A stretch of DNA of 64,000 nt. It comes from Gemmatales bacterium. GTDB lineage: Bacteria; Planctomycetota; Planctomycetia; Gemmatales; HRBIN36. The position numbers and the translations under genes are program-made. Positions 1 through 8,862 of the stretch are shown in pieces. The stretch covers positions 64,001 through 128,000 of the forward strand of contig JBEPZY010000004.1 of assembly GCA_041640595.1 (NCBI GenBank). The letters are read 5' to 3'. A model generated the notes under the pieces. It ran no database searches. It had not been told where the DNA came from and worked only from the letters and a program-made list of their open reading frames with translations. Every line of letters begins with the position of its first letter. Position 1 is the stretch's first letter.

Positions 1-803
1 CCGGCAAAATGACCGTGCAGCGCCTGCTGGAGCGCGACGATTTTACCAAACGATTGAAAGCGGGAACACCGATTTACCTGCATGAGTGTTTATATCCGCT
101 GATGCAGGGATACGACAGTGTCGCTGTTCGCAGCGATATTGAGCTGGGCGGTAGCGAACAGCTGTTCAGTCTGCTGGTCGCTCGCGATTTGCAGCGGGAC
201 GCAGGTCAGGAACCCCAGGTGGCCATCACCCTGCCGATCCTGAGAGGCCTGGATGGGGTTCGCCGGATGGGCAAGAGTCTTGGTAATTACATCGGCGTCG
301 GGGAACCGCCATTCGACCAGTTCGCCAAAACGATGAGCATCCCCGACGAACTGATGCAGGAGTGGTTCACTTTACTGACAGATCGTTCGCCGGAAGAAAT
401 CGCCCGATTAACCGACCCGCAACGAACGCACCCGAAACTGGCGAAAATGCAGCTGGCACGGGACATCGTCAGCTTCTTCCACGGCGCTGATGCTGCCGAG
501 CAGGCAGCGCACGAATGGGAACGCCGACTCAGCCAGCGGCAAGACCCCAGTGAGATTCCCGAAGTGCATTTGAGCTATCTAGACATTCCCGAGGGGAAAA
601 TGAACGTTTGTCGGTTGTTGACCCGGCTGGGATTAACTGCCAGCAATAGCGAAGCCCGACGCCTGATCCAGCAAGGCGGAGTTACCATGGGCCCCGAACG
701 AACGCGGATCAGCGATCCCAACCTGGAGTTGGTCTTGCAGGACGGTTTGATTTTGCGTATCGGCAATAATCGCAAGATTGTCCGCATTCGCTGGCAAGCC
801 TGA
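1..803 (+). CDS. tyrS: Tyrosyl-tRNA synthetase, 3' part (gene starts upstream of window)
   Basis: YPLMQGYDS and ELGGSEQ motifs, KMSKS-equivalent [10 protein letters not shown]-terminal S4-like domain ([14 protein letters not shown]); HIGH motif lies outside the window. Confidence 0.95.
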   Translation, partial: GKMTVQRLLERDDFTKRLKAGTPIYLHECLYPLMQGYDSVAVRSDIELGGSEQLFSLLVARDLQRDAGQEPQVAITLPILRGLDGVRRMGKSLGNYIGVGEPPFDQFAKTMSIPDELMQEWFTLLTDRSPEEIARLTDPQRTHPKLAKMQLARDIVSFFHGADAAEQAAHEWERRLSQRQDPSEIPEVHLSYLDIPEGKMNVCRLLTRLGLTASNSEARRLIQQGGVTMGPERTRISDPNLELVLQDGLILRIGNNRKIVRIRWQA

Positions 804-1032
804 AAGCGATACCAACTCCACCGGCCAACGGTGAAGTTGTCTCCACAGGTAAATGCTGCCTGGTTTCGGATCCCGGCTGAGATTTCGCCATCGGCAACCT
901 GGCTCCGTGATGATAGGGCATTATTTGACGCGAAGCCAGGAGGCACGCAGGCAACTCCGCGGCGAAACGCCGGCAGCTCTCAAGCGACATGCGGGTTAGC
1001 CGGATGCACACCACAGCCGAGACGATAGATCC

Positions 1033-1917
1033 ATGACCTGGTGGCAAGCTATTGTCCTGGGTGCGTTGCAGGGGATCACCGAGTTCTTACCGGTGTCCAG
1101 CAGCGGACATCTGGTTCTGGTGCAGCACTGGTGGCCGATCGTGGGCGACGAATCGGCAGCGGCGTTATTTTTTGATGGCATGCTCCATCTCGGCACGGTT
1201 TTTTCGGTGCTGGCTTATTTCTGGCGTTATCGGTCGGACGCCGTCACCGGTGACGAAGCGGTGCCGGCGACGCTGCGCTATGCTGTACCCGACAACCGAT
1301 CGATTACCGCAACGGGAACGTCCTGGTGGCACTGGTTCTGGCTGTTGAGCTGGGCAAGTGCACCCGCGGCCGTGGCGGTGTTGGCTTTTCCACGCTGGAT
1401 ACGCGACTCGTTTGTCAGCCTGCCTATGGTTGCGGTGGATTTCGTCCTGCTCGGTATCCTGCTCTGGTTGACGGATCGGTTGCCCGCTGGCACTCTGAGA
1501 GCCGACCAGACCAGGTGGTATCACGCCCTCATCATTGGAACTGGGCAGATGCTATCGGCCCTGTTTCGAGGATTGTCGCGCAGCGGTATGACTATTGCGA
1601 CCGCCCTTTTTCTGGGTCTGGAGCGCAGCTGGGCATTGCGACTGAGTTTCGCCATGTCGGTGATCGCCAATCTGGGTCTGGCCGGGCTTGGTATCATCCA
1701 CCTGATCCGCGAACCCGGTACGCTGCCCTGGCTGACACCAGACTTTCTTGCCTGCACTCTCCTGGGTGCGGCCACGAGTGCCGTGGTGGGTTACCTGAGC
1801 ATTTACCCGCTGCTGGCGCTGGTCCGCCGTTGTCGGCTCCGCTGGTTCAGCCTGTACCTGTGGCTGGTGGCGGCACTCGCGGGATTGGCAAGTGTTTTCC
1901 GTTACCTGCCGGGTTAG
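1033..1917 (+). CDS. uppP: Undecaprenyl-diphosphate phosphatase (BacA family)
   Basis: QGITEFLPVSSSGHL and GLSRSGMTI motifs, multiple hydrophobic helices. Confidence 0.95.
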   Translation: MTWWQAIVLGALQGITEFLPVSSSGHLVLVQHWWPIVGDESAAALFFDGMLHLGTVFSVLAYFWRYRSDAVTGDEAVPATLRYAVPDNRSITATGTSWWHWFWLLSWASAPAAVAVLAFPRWIRDSFVSLPMVAVDFVLLGILLWLTDRLPAGTLRADQTRWYHALIIGTGQMLSALFRGLSRSGMTIATALFLGLERSWALRLSFAMSVIANLGLAGLGIIHLIREPGTLPWLTPDFLACTLLGAATSAVVGYLSIYPLLALVRRCRLRWFSLYLWLVAALAGLASVFRYLPG

Positions 1918-2074
1918 CTCGTCCTGGCCGAAGGTAACAAACCTCTCCGGCTAGGGGTTCTGTAATCGTGTGCCTGACGCCTGAAGTGCGTTCTGGAGCA
2001 GGTCGAAACGGCAAACTTCTCTGGCACAGGATCGTCAAGCCCGCCGCCGCGTGGAAACTGCTGTAAAAACCGGT

Positions 2075-2641
2075 TTATTTTGGCCCACGAAGCAAAGGGT
2101 CGTCCGCTTCGAGCATCTTGAACAGATTGGAATCTTCGAGGAGTGAGGTCTTTTTTGGCTTGGGTTTGTTAGCTTGAGGGGCGGTGGGCGATTCCTGAGG
2201 CGAAGGATTGGCTGAGGAAACGGGTTGCACAGTCGGTTGACTGGGTTGCGGCGGGCGAGCAGGTTGGGCAATCGGTTGTGCCGGCTTACGCGGTTGCGCA
2301 TGTGGAGACGTGGTCGGCGAAGGGCCTGGTGGCGCAGCTGCTGCCGCCGTTTCAGGTTGCCACAACACGCGGAACACATACGGGCCAACCGTCAACAAGT
2401 CGCCGTTCCTTAACTGCCCCTCCAGCACTTCGCGTCCGTTGATGCGAATGCCGTTAGTGCTGCCCAGGTCGCGCACGGCCAGGTAATCGTTGACCTGAGC
2501 GACACAGCAATGCCGCCGGGAAACTTTGCGTGAATCTAACCGGATCTCACAGTCCGCCAGACGACCGATAATGTAAACTTCTTCCGAACCTCCCAGCGAA
2601 AACTTCAGCTTGCCGTCCAGGGATTCCAGCAAGTACGGCAT
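2075..2641 (-). CDS. FHA domain protein with Pro/Gln-rich C-terminal tail
   Basis: FHA signature GR...SRRH...DLGSTNG; start taken at ATG 2641 (MPYLLES). Confidence 0.88.
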   Translation of the reverse strand: MPYLLESLDGKLKFSLGGSEEVYIIGRLADCEIRLDSRKVSRRHCCVAQVNDYLAVRDLGSTNGIRINGREVLEGQLRNGDLLTVGPYVFRVLWQPETAAAAAPPGPSPTTSPHAQPRKPAQPIAQPARPPQPSQPTVQPVSSANPSPQESPTAPQANKPKPKKTSLLEDSNLFKMLEADDPLLRGPK

Positions 2642-2833
2642 ATTCGGGTCTCCACTAGTCGTGCCTGCACCAGGCAGGTGGCACACCCTGGCATCCTGTC
2701 CTGAACGTGCTCGTCAGCCCCATCCATTTGCCGCGATCTTTTCCAGCCTTGCTACCGGGATTATAGCTTCTTAATGCCAGGTCTAGAACTGGCATGTCCC
2801 AGTCTGGGAAGGTGCTGCGGCCCGTGTTCCGGC

Positions 2834-4228
2834 TTAGCTGTCGGACGTGCTAGGGGTATCGAAAACGCCGAATCCAAACGGGCGAGTATCTCGGCGTGGG
2901 GGAGTCGGGGGAACCGATGGAGAAGGTCGCTCCGTACCGGTCGCGGAAGTTGGAGGTGCAGCAGGGCCGCTTGCGGTGCCAGGTTTCTCTTCCGACACAG
3001 CCGGGGGCTGTTCCACGGGGGTAACCGCAGACGCCGTTTCGGACGGGAGTAAACCACCTTCGCCGGCCGATTTCTCCTCAACTGCTGGCGACGGTTCAGG
3101 GGCAGCTACCGGAGCTGGTGCGGGAGGTTCGTAATGCGGCTCGGGTCGGCGTGCAGCTTCGCCAATTGTGAAAACAATTCGCGGTGGCCCAGGAGGAACG
3201 GTCGGCGTTGAAGTTACAGCTTGTGTCGGCGTGCTGACCGCGTCCCCACTGAGCGAATCGGAAACCGCCCCAGCGAGCGAATGCACAGACGGTTTTTCCG
3301 CAGAAACCATCTGATCCTCGGCCGGTGCGCTACCGGTTCGGGTCAGGCTGACACTTTCCCGAACCTCTCCGGTCGTCGAATGCTCAGCGTAGCGGGTGAG
3401 CCGCGAGGCTCGACTGCGCCCCAACGCAGCCCGGCGACGCATACGCTGTTCACCGAACGCAGGTTCTTCGCGCATTTCTTCGCCGAAGCGGGTCACCACA
3501 TAAGTGCCGCTTCGCCGCTCTTTTGCCAATTCCAGCAAGCCGTGCCTTTCCGCATCTTCAAGCAAATCCGTGAACGAATAATACCCGTGGTAGGTTTCGT
3601 TGAAACTCGGTTTCAGCCGCTTCATGGTCTCCTTGATCATGGACGACCATAGCACTTCCTTGTTTTCTCGCCGCAACGCCGTCAATGCGTCCATCAACAG
3701 CTGGAAGGCCTTTCGCTTGTTTTCCGGCAGACGCGGATCGACCTGGAAAGTGCTGACAATATGCTCCAGGTCTTCGTAATAAATGAACTCATCGCAATTG
3801 TCGCGGAGAAGGTCCGAGGTAGCATTCGCCATCCCGACACCGATAACGTGTTTACCCAGTTCCTTCAGCTTGGAAACCAGTGGGGTGAAATCGCTGTCCC
3901 CGGACAGGATCACGAAGGTGTCAATGTGCTCCTTGGAGTAGGCGAGGTCCATCGCGTCCACGCACAGGCGAATGTCTGCGGAGTTTTTGCCGCTCTGGCT
4001 GCGGCGAGGAATGTCAATCAATTCAAAACCGGCTTCGTGCAATGCCGCTGTATAGGACGAATAATAGCTCCAATCCGCGTAAGCCTTTTTGACCACTACC
4101 TTCCCTTTTTCCACCATGCGCCGCATGACACGGTTAATGTCAAAACGTTCACGCGGGTCGGTCAAACCGAGGGCGAAATTCTCGAAGTCCAGGAAAAGTG
4201 CTAGGGAATGTGCATGTGCTTCGGCCAT
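2834..4228 (-). CDS. NYN (LabA/DUF88, PIN-like) domain protein with OST-HTH/LOTUS domain and long Pro-rich disordered tail
   Basis: FLDFEN, GKNSADIRLCVDAMD and SGDSDFTPL NYN motifs; IKETMKRLKPSFNETYHGYYSFTDLLE resembles OST-HTH. Confidence 0.88.
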   Translation of the reverse strand: MAEAHAHSLALFLDFENFALGLTDPRERFDINRVMRRMVEKGKVVVKKAYADWSYYSSYTAALHEAGFELIDIPRRSQSGKNSADIRLCVDAMDLAYSKEHIDTFVILSGDSDFTPLVSKLKELGKHVIGVGMANATSDLLRDNCDEFIYYEDLEHIVSTFQVDPRLPENKRKAFQLLMDALTALRRENKEVLWSSMIKETMKRLKPSFNETYHGYYSFTDLLEDAERHGLLELAKERRSGTYVVTRFGEEMREEPAFGEQRMRRRAALGRSRASRLTRYAEHSTTGEVRESVSLTRTGSAPAEDQMVSAEKPSVHSLAGAVSDSLSGDAVSTPTQAVTSTPTVPPGPPRIVFTIGEAARRPEPHYEPPAPAPVAAPEPSPAVEEKSAGEGGLLPSETASAVTPVEQPPAVSEEKPGTASGPAAPPTSATGTERPSPSVPPTPPRRDTRPFGFGVFDTPSTSDS

Positions 4229-4623
4229 CCTGACACTCTCTCAGTGATGATTTTCCCACGAATGTGCCACAGTTCGACCATACCACACTCGGCCAATCGG
4301 ACCGGCAAGAAGCAGACCGCTGCCAACGCAGTTAGAGCATTCCGCAGGCATGTCCCCGGCCGAGTTGGCCTTCCTGCCTGCGTGGCCATCCAGGCAAAGA
4401 TATTTTACGGCGATGACGATTTTCGGACAACCAATCCACCACCAGCCAGGTACCCCGCATGAGCAGCCGTCTGCGATTCCTCGCTACCTTGCAGCCCGTG
4501 CAAAATTTGACAAGGTGCCAACCGATTTTCGGATGGTTCTGCGTATGCGATGGCTCACTAGCTTGCAGTCGGCGTAAAACGGGCCCGCATTCAATCTTCA
4601 GCCCATTCGGCAAGGCTCGTTTC

Positions 4624-4727
4624 TGGACGTAGCCAACAGGTTGGCGTATTATTCAGTGCGTACCTGACGATAGTCAGGGGAGCAACTGCCTGACTCAGCC
4701 GCGATCCGGCGTATTATTCAAAGCGTA
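4624..4727 (+). promoter_or_regulatory. Putative tandem sigma70-type promoters of tRNA-Leu
   Basis: Direct repeat GGCGTATTATTCAnnGCGTA at 4643-4662 and 4708-4727, each with a TATTAT -10 box; weak -35 boxes TGGACG and CTGACT. Confidence 0.5.
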
Positions 4728-4750
4728 ACTGCCAGCTTGCGATAGCGCCA

Positions 4751-4836
4751 GCGGGAGTGGCGGAATTGGCAGACGCGCCAGGTTGAGGGCCTGGTGGGAA
4801 TTTTATCCCGTGTGGGTTCGAGTCCCACCTCCCGCA
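4751..4836 (+). tRNA. tRNA-Leu(GAG)
   Basis: Acceptor GCGGGAG/CTCCCGC, D-loop TGGCAGAC, anticodon arm CCAGG-TTGAGGG-CCTGG, long variable arm, T-loop GTTCGAGTC; CCA not encoded. Confidence 0.97.
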
Positions 4837-5752
4837 TTCCCAGGCAACCCTGGATGACCGGGCCAGAGGTGCCAGCCGGTTTCTGAAATCCGAGGACTGG
4901 ATCGCTTCCAGATCGGACTTCCCGATGGCCGTAAAACAGCGGCATCGTTGCGGCTTTAGCGAAGCCCCCATCGTGGCTGTGCAGTGACAGCGACTCCGCT
5001 CGCCATGGCATCTTGCGGCATGAACCAGGCGACCACCTGGTCGCACAGCTCTTGCGTAGCGACAATGCATCGGTCATCGTTGAGGGACTAACAAAGCAGC
5101 CACGTAGCACAGGCAGCAGCAAGGGCGATCGCAGGCCCGGTCAGCATCACGGTGCCGGCGAATCAGCCACTTTGCTTCCCGTTTTGCATTGTCCCGATTG
5201 GCTTTGTTCCGGATGGGCATGGCTGCTGACTCTCCTGCCGTCCGCCGAAGGGCGACACAGTGGTCGGCATCTACGGCAGCCACGGGATTCCTGTTGACAC
5301 TGCTGTCCGCCTAAGGTCGACTCTGAGCGGAATCAGGCCAAACCTGACGCCGCTTCGGAGGATGCGATCGGTTGCTGATTCGGCCCGGCCAGTCGTCGAA
5401 ATAATCCGATGAGCAGCCGACCGCTGGGAACCTGTGTCTTTCGTTGTTTACAATCCGAACTTCTGGATGCTGAAGGGGGCAGCTGCCAAATGGGAACCCG
5501 TCCCCAACTTTCATCCGAAACGACCTTACAATCTTGTGGAAGGCTCGGTAGGCTCGATGAACATCCAGGCAACGGAGATTACGTCGCTCTGCAACTAGCA
5601 CTGGGCACCAGCAAAATGGAGAAGGACAGCCTCTTCACGGAGATTTCTGGCAACTATGGATTGGCGAATTCGGGCGACCGCTTCATGGCCCGGAAGGCCG
5701 GGTTCAGCACGGTACTGGTCAGAGAAACAAGGCACGTCCCTGGGGCCTGACG

Positions 5753-7213
5753 GTGAATGACTTTATTGCAACCCATCCGGTGGCGGTGGTGCTCTCGGTA
5801 GTGGCGGTGGTGCACGCACTGACCGTCGTTGTTGGCGTGCCCTGGGTGGTGTTTACCAAAAAAGAATCGCAGGCCACGATGGCCTGGGTATTGACCGTTA
5901 TCAGCTTACCGATGCTGGGGATTATGCTTTTTGCATTATTTGGTTACAACTACGTCTATCGGCCGATCAAACGGCGTCGGCGGTTGCAGATAGGACGAGC
6001 CCGGTGGCAACATTCGCTCCCCGAGCATCTGCGTCGCGGTCATCACCGGGAACGCACCCTCGAAACCTGGAATCAGCTGGGCAAACTCGCGGTCAAGCTC
6101 GGTTCTTTCCCAGTCAGTGCCGGCAACCGGGTGCAGTTGTACCACGAAACCGCTCAGGCTTTCGCCGATATGTTCCAGGCTATTGAGCAAGCCGAGCACC
6201 ACATTCATCTCGAATATTTCATCGTTCGCGCGGACCGCACTGGCAGCCGATTGCTGGATCTGCTCACCCGAAAGGCGAAATCAGGGGTAGAAGTGCGATT
6301 GCTTTACGACGCCGTCGGCTCGCTCACACTCCATACCTGGTTTATTCGCCCGCTGCGTCAGGCCGGCGGACAATGCGTGCCTTTCCTGACCATTAACCCC
6401 TTGCGTCGTCGCATCCAGGTCAACTTACGCAATCACCGCAAAATCACGGTGATTGATGGGCGCGTCGGTTTCACCGGAGGCATCAACATCGGCGACGAAT
6501 ACCTGGGGCGTGACCCGCATTTCGGTTACTGGCGAGACGAACATCTGCGTCTGGAAGGCCCGGCTGTATCGTGTTTGCAAATGATTTTTGCGGAGGACTG
6601 GGAATTTGCCAGTGGCGAGGCTTTGCGGGGCAACAAGTATTTCCCGCCCGTGGAGCCGGTCGGGGAAGCGCTGGTGCAGATCGTGGACAGCGGACCCGAT
6701 CAGGGCAAAAACGCCAACCGCGACCTGATTTTCGCTGCCATCACTTTAGCTCGCCGGCGGGTCTGGATCGCCACTCCCTATTTCGTACCGGACGCCGGTT
6801 TACAGGACGCCTTACGCCTGGCAGCACGGCTGGGTGTGGATGTGCGTATCTTGCTGCCGAGTATTGCCGACCACTGGCTCGCTTTTTTTGCTCGCCAGAC
6901 TTACGTCGAGGAACTCCTGGACGAGGGCATTCAGTTTTATGAGTATCTGCCCGGCATGATGCATTCCAAGATGATGCTGGTAGATGACAATTGGGGCTAC
7001 GTCGGCAGCGTCAATTTTGACAATCGGAGTTTGCGCCTGAATTTTGAGGTGAACTGTGTGCTGCATTCTCCCGCGGAGTTAGCAGAACTGCAAACCGCTT
7101 TTGAAAACGACTTCGCCAAGAGCAAGCGCATTGAACCGGCGGCCTTTCGGCAACGCCCATTCACGATCAAGTTAGCGGCACAGGTGTCGCGGTTGTTTGC
7201 CCCGTTATTGTGA
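5753..7213 (+). CDS. cls: Cardiolipin synthase
   Basis: Two N-terminal TM helices, two HKD motifs (NHRKITVIDG, HSKMMLVDD). Confidence 0.95.
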   Translation: MNDFIATHPVAVVLSVVAVVHALTVVVGVPWVVFTKKESQATMAWVLTVISLPMLGIMLFALFGYNYVYRPIKRRRRLQIGRARWQHSLPEHLRRGHHRERTLETWNQLGKLAVKLGSFPVSAGNRVQLYHETAQAFADMFQAIEQAEHHIHLEYFIVRADRTGSRLLDLLTRKAKSGVEVRLLYDAVGSLTLHTWFIRPLRQAGGQCVPFLTINPLRRRIQVNLRNHRKITVIDGRVGFTGGINIGDEYLGRDPHFGYWRDEHLRLEGPAVSCLQMIFAEDWEFASGEALRGNKYFPPVEPVGEALVQIVDSGPDQGKNANRDLIFAAITLARRRVWIATPYFVPDAGLQDALRLAARLGVDVRILLPSIADHWLAFFARQTYVEELLDEGIQFYEYLPGMMHSKMMLVDDNWGYVGSVNFDNRSLRLNFEVNCVLHSPAELAELQTAFENDFAKSKRIEPAAFRQRPFTIKLAAQVSRLFAPLL

Positions 7214-7391
7214 CCGACAGTCCGGATGCTCTTTATAGCGTTTGTGGTATCAGGCCGCCTGTTAGCTCCGCCATTATGACACATTGTGACGGACGATCTC
7301 CGCGATTGAACATCGAAGCAACAGCCGCCAGCCTGCTTCCCTGATTGACGCAGAGCAGCCGGGCCATTCAGCATTCGCTGGCTAAGCCGAC

Positions 7392-8846
7392 TCAGCGCAA
7401 GAAATCGAGCAAGCTTGGCTGCAATACCTGTGCGGTTGCGCCCAGCACGAGCAGAAGCTGATTTTGTTGCGCCTGCAGACGCACCACCAGCTCCGCGAGG
7501 TCCGCCTCTTCCAGTTCGCCTAACCGGCCGCGCAATTCCACCTGCGTATCCTGCAAGTGCTGCTCCAGCGTCTCCAGCTGAGCCAGCGTCGCGGACTGTT
7601 CCCCCAGGAAGTGAAGCAACCGCGCATGAACACTGTCGAGCGCATCGAGCGAGCGACTGATGGCTTGTGCCTGCTGGGTAGGCGACAGGCCGCGGACATT
7701 TTCCAGGTCGTCGCGCAGCGCTATAAACGAATCGAATAACCCGTAACTGTTGGGAAATTCCACCCAATCGGTTCCGGTGCGGCGAACCGCTGTGGTATCC
7801 AGAAAAATAGTTCGGCCCTGGGCATCAGTGAGTTGTTGATTGGGCGAAAAGGTGATCGGGGTAATCGTCACCCCGCCGTCCAGCGATAAGGTGCCGTCCG
7901 CGGTAATCGCCACTGTGCCGGAAAAACCAGGCGTGATGGCGGTTGTGTTGAGATAGACCACCTCTCCGTTCGGCCCCACCACACGCAGGTCGGTGTCGGC
8001 GTTTGTCCAGGTAAATACCGGCCCTCCGTTCAGCGATACCGTACCGCTGGCTCCTGTCCCGCTGGTATCCGTCAGCGTTACGGTATGGGCACCGCTGGGA
8101 CCGAGAACCGTATCACCCGTCGGGGAACTGGCTCCTGGCAAAACGCCTGAACCAGGCGCATACGTCGTGGCCGTGTGCTGCACAGTAACAGCTACGCGTC
8201 CCCGCAGGCTCGACGTGCCGTTTCCCACCGCCAGGCCGGTTTGACCGATCACAACAGCCGGGCCGGTTTCGCCTGGCTGGAAAACCTCCGCCCCACTGTA
8301 AAGGTAGCGCACCAGGTCCGCTTCCCCGATGGCCGCGGTAGCTTCCGCTTCGTCGCCGACATAGCGCACGCGCACAATGCGACCACTGCCGTCTCGCTCA
8401 GCAACGAAGGGGGCAGCATTCGAATGCGCTCCCGCAAAGACGTATTGATCGGGAGTTCGGCTGTTGACCTGGTCGAGCAATTGTCCCAGCAGTCCGTCCA
8501 TTTCCTGAGCGATAGCATGCAGGGAGTTGGGGTCCTGGCTCCCATGCACTGCTTCAATAGCCAGGCTCCGTGCTCGCGCTATGATGCTGCTGATGTTTTG
8601 CAGAGCACTTGAAGAAGTCTGAAGAGTCAGGCGAACATCGCGGAGATTGTTACCCAGAGCGGTCAGGTGCTCGACGCGGGAACGATAGACCTGAGCGGTA
8701 TGAAACTTCACCGGATCATCCGAAGACCGCTGCAACTTTTTGCCGGTAAGTGCCTGCTGATGTAGCCGACCCAGTTCCCGCAAGGTAGCCGACAGATGGT
8801 CCAGCGCGTTTTGCACCAGAGCCGTAAACGTGGTGCGTTGAATCAT
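7392..8846 (-). CDS. flgL: Flagellar hook-associated protein 3 (hook-filament junction)
   Basis: Flagellin-like N-terminus (TGKKLQRSSDDP), C-terminus LQPSLLDFLR, follows flgK. Confidence 0.9.
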   Translation of the reverse strand: MIQRTTFTALVQNALDHLSATLRELGRLHQQALTGKKLQRSSDDPVKFHTAQVYRSRVEHLTALGNNLRDVRLTLQTSSSALQNISSIIARARSLAIEAVHGSQDPNSLHAIAQEMDGLLGQLLDQVNSRTPDQYVFAGAHSNAAPFVAERDGSGRIVRVRYVGDEAEATAAIGEADLVRYLYSGAEVFQPGETGPAVVIGQTGLAVGNGTSSLRGRVAVTVQHTATTYAPGSGVLPGASSPTGDTVLGPSGAHTVTLTDTSGTGASGTVSLNGGPVFTWTNADTDLRVVGPNGEVVYLNTTAITPGFSGTVAITADGTLSLDGGVTITPITFSPNQQLTDAQGRTIFLDTTAVRRTGTDWVEFPNSYGLFDSFIALRDDLENVRGLSPTQQAQAISRSLDALDSVHARLLHFLGEQSATLAQLETLEQHLQDTQVELRGRLGELEEADLAELVVRLQAQQNQLLLVLGATAQVLQPSLLDFLR

Positions 8847-8862
8847 GGCTGTCTCTCAAGCT

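Noticed and set aside
259..290. TyrS KMSKS motif reads RMGKS
   Set aside because: The catalytic second Lys is retained and variation in this loop is common.
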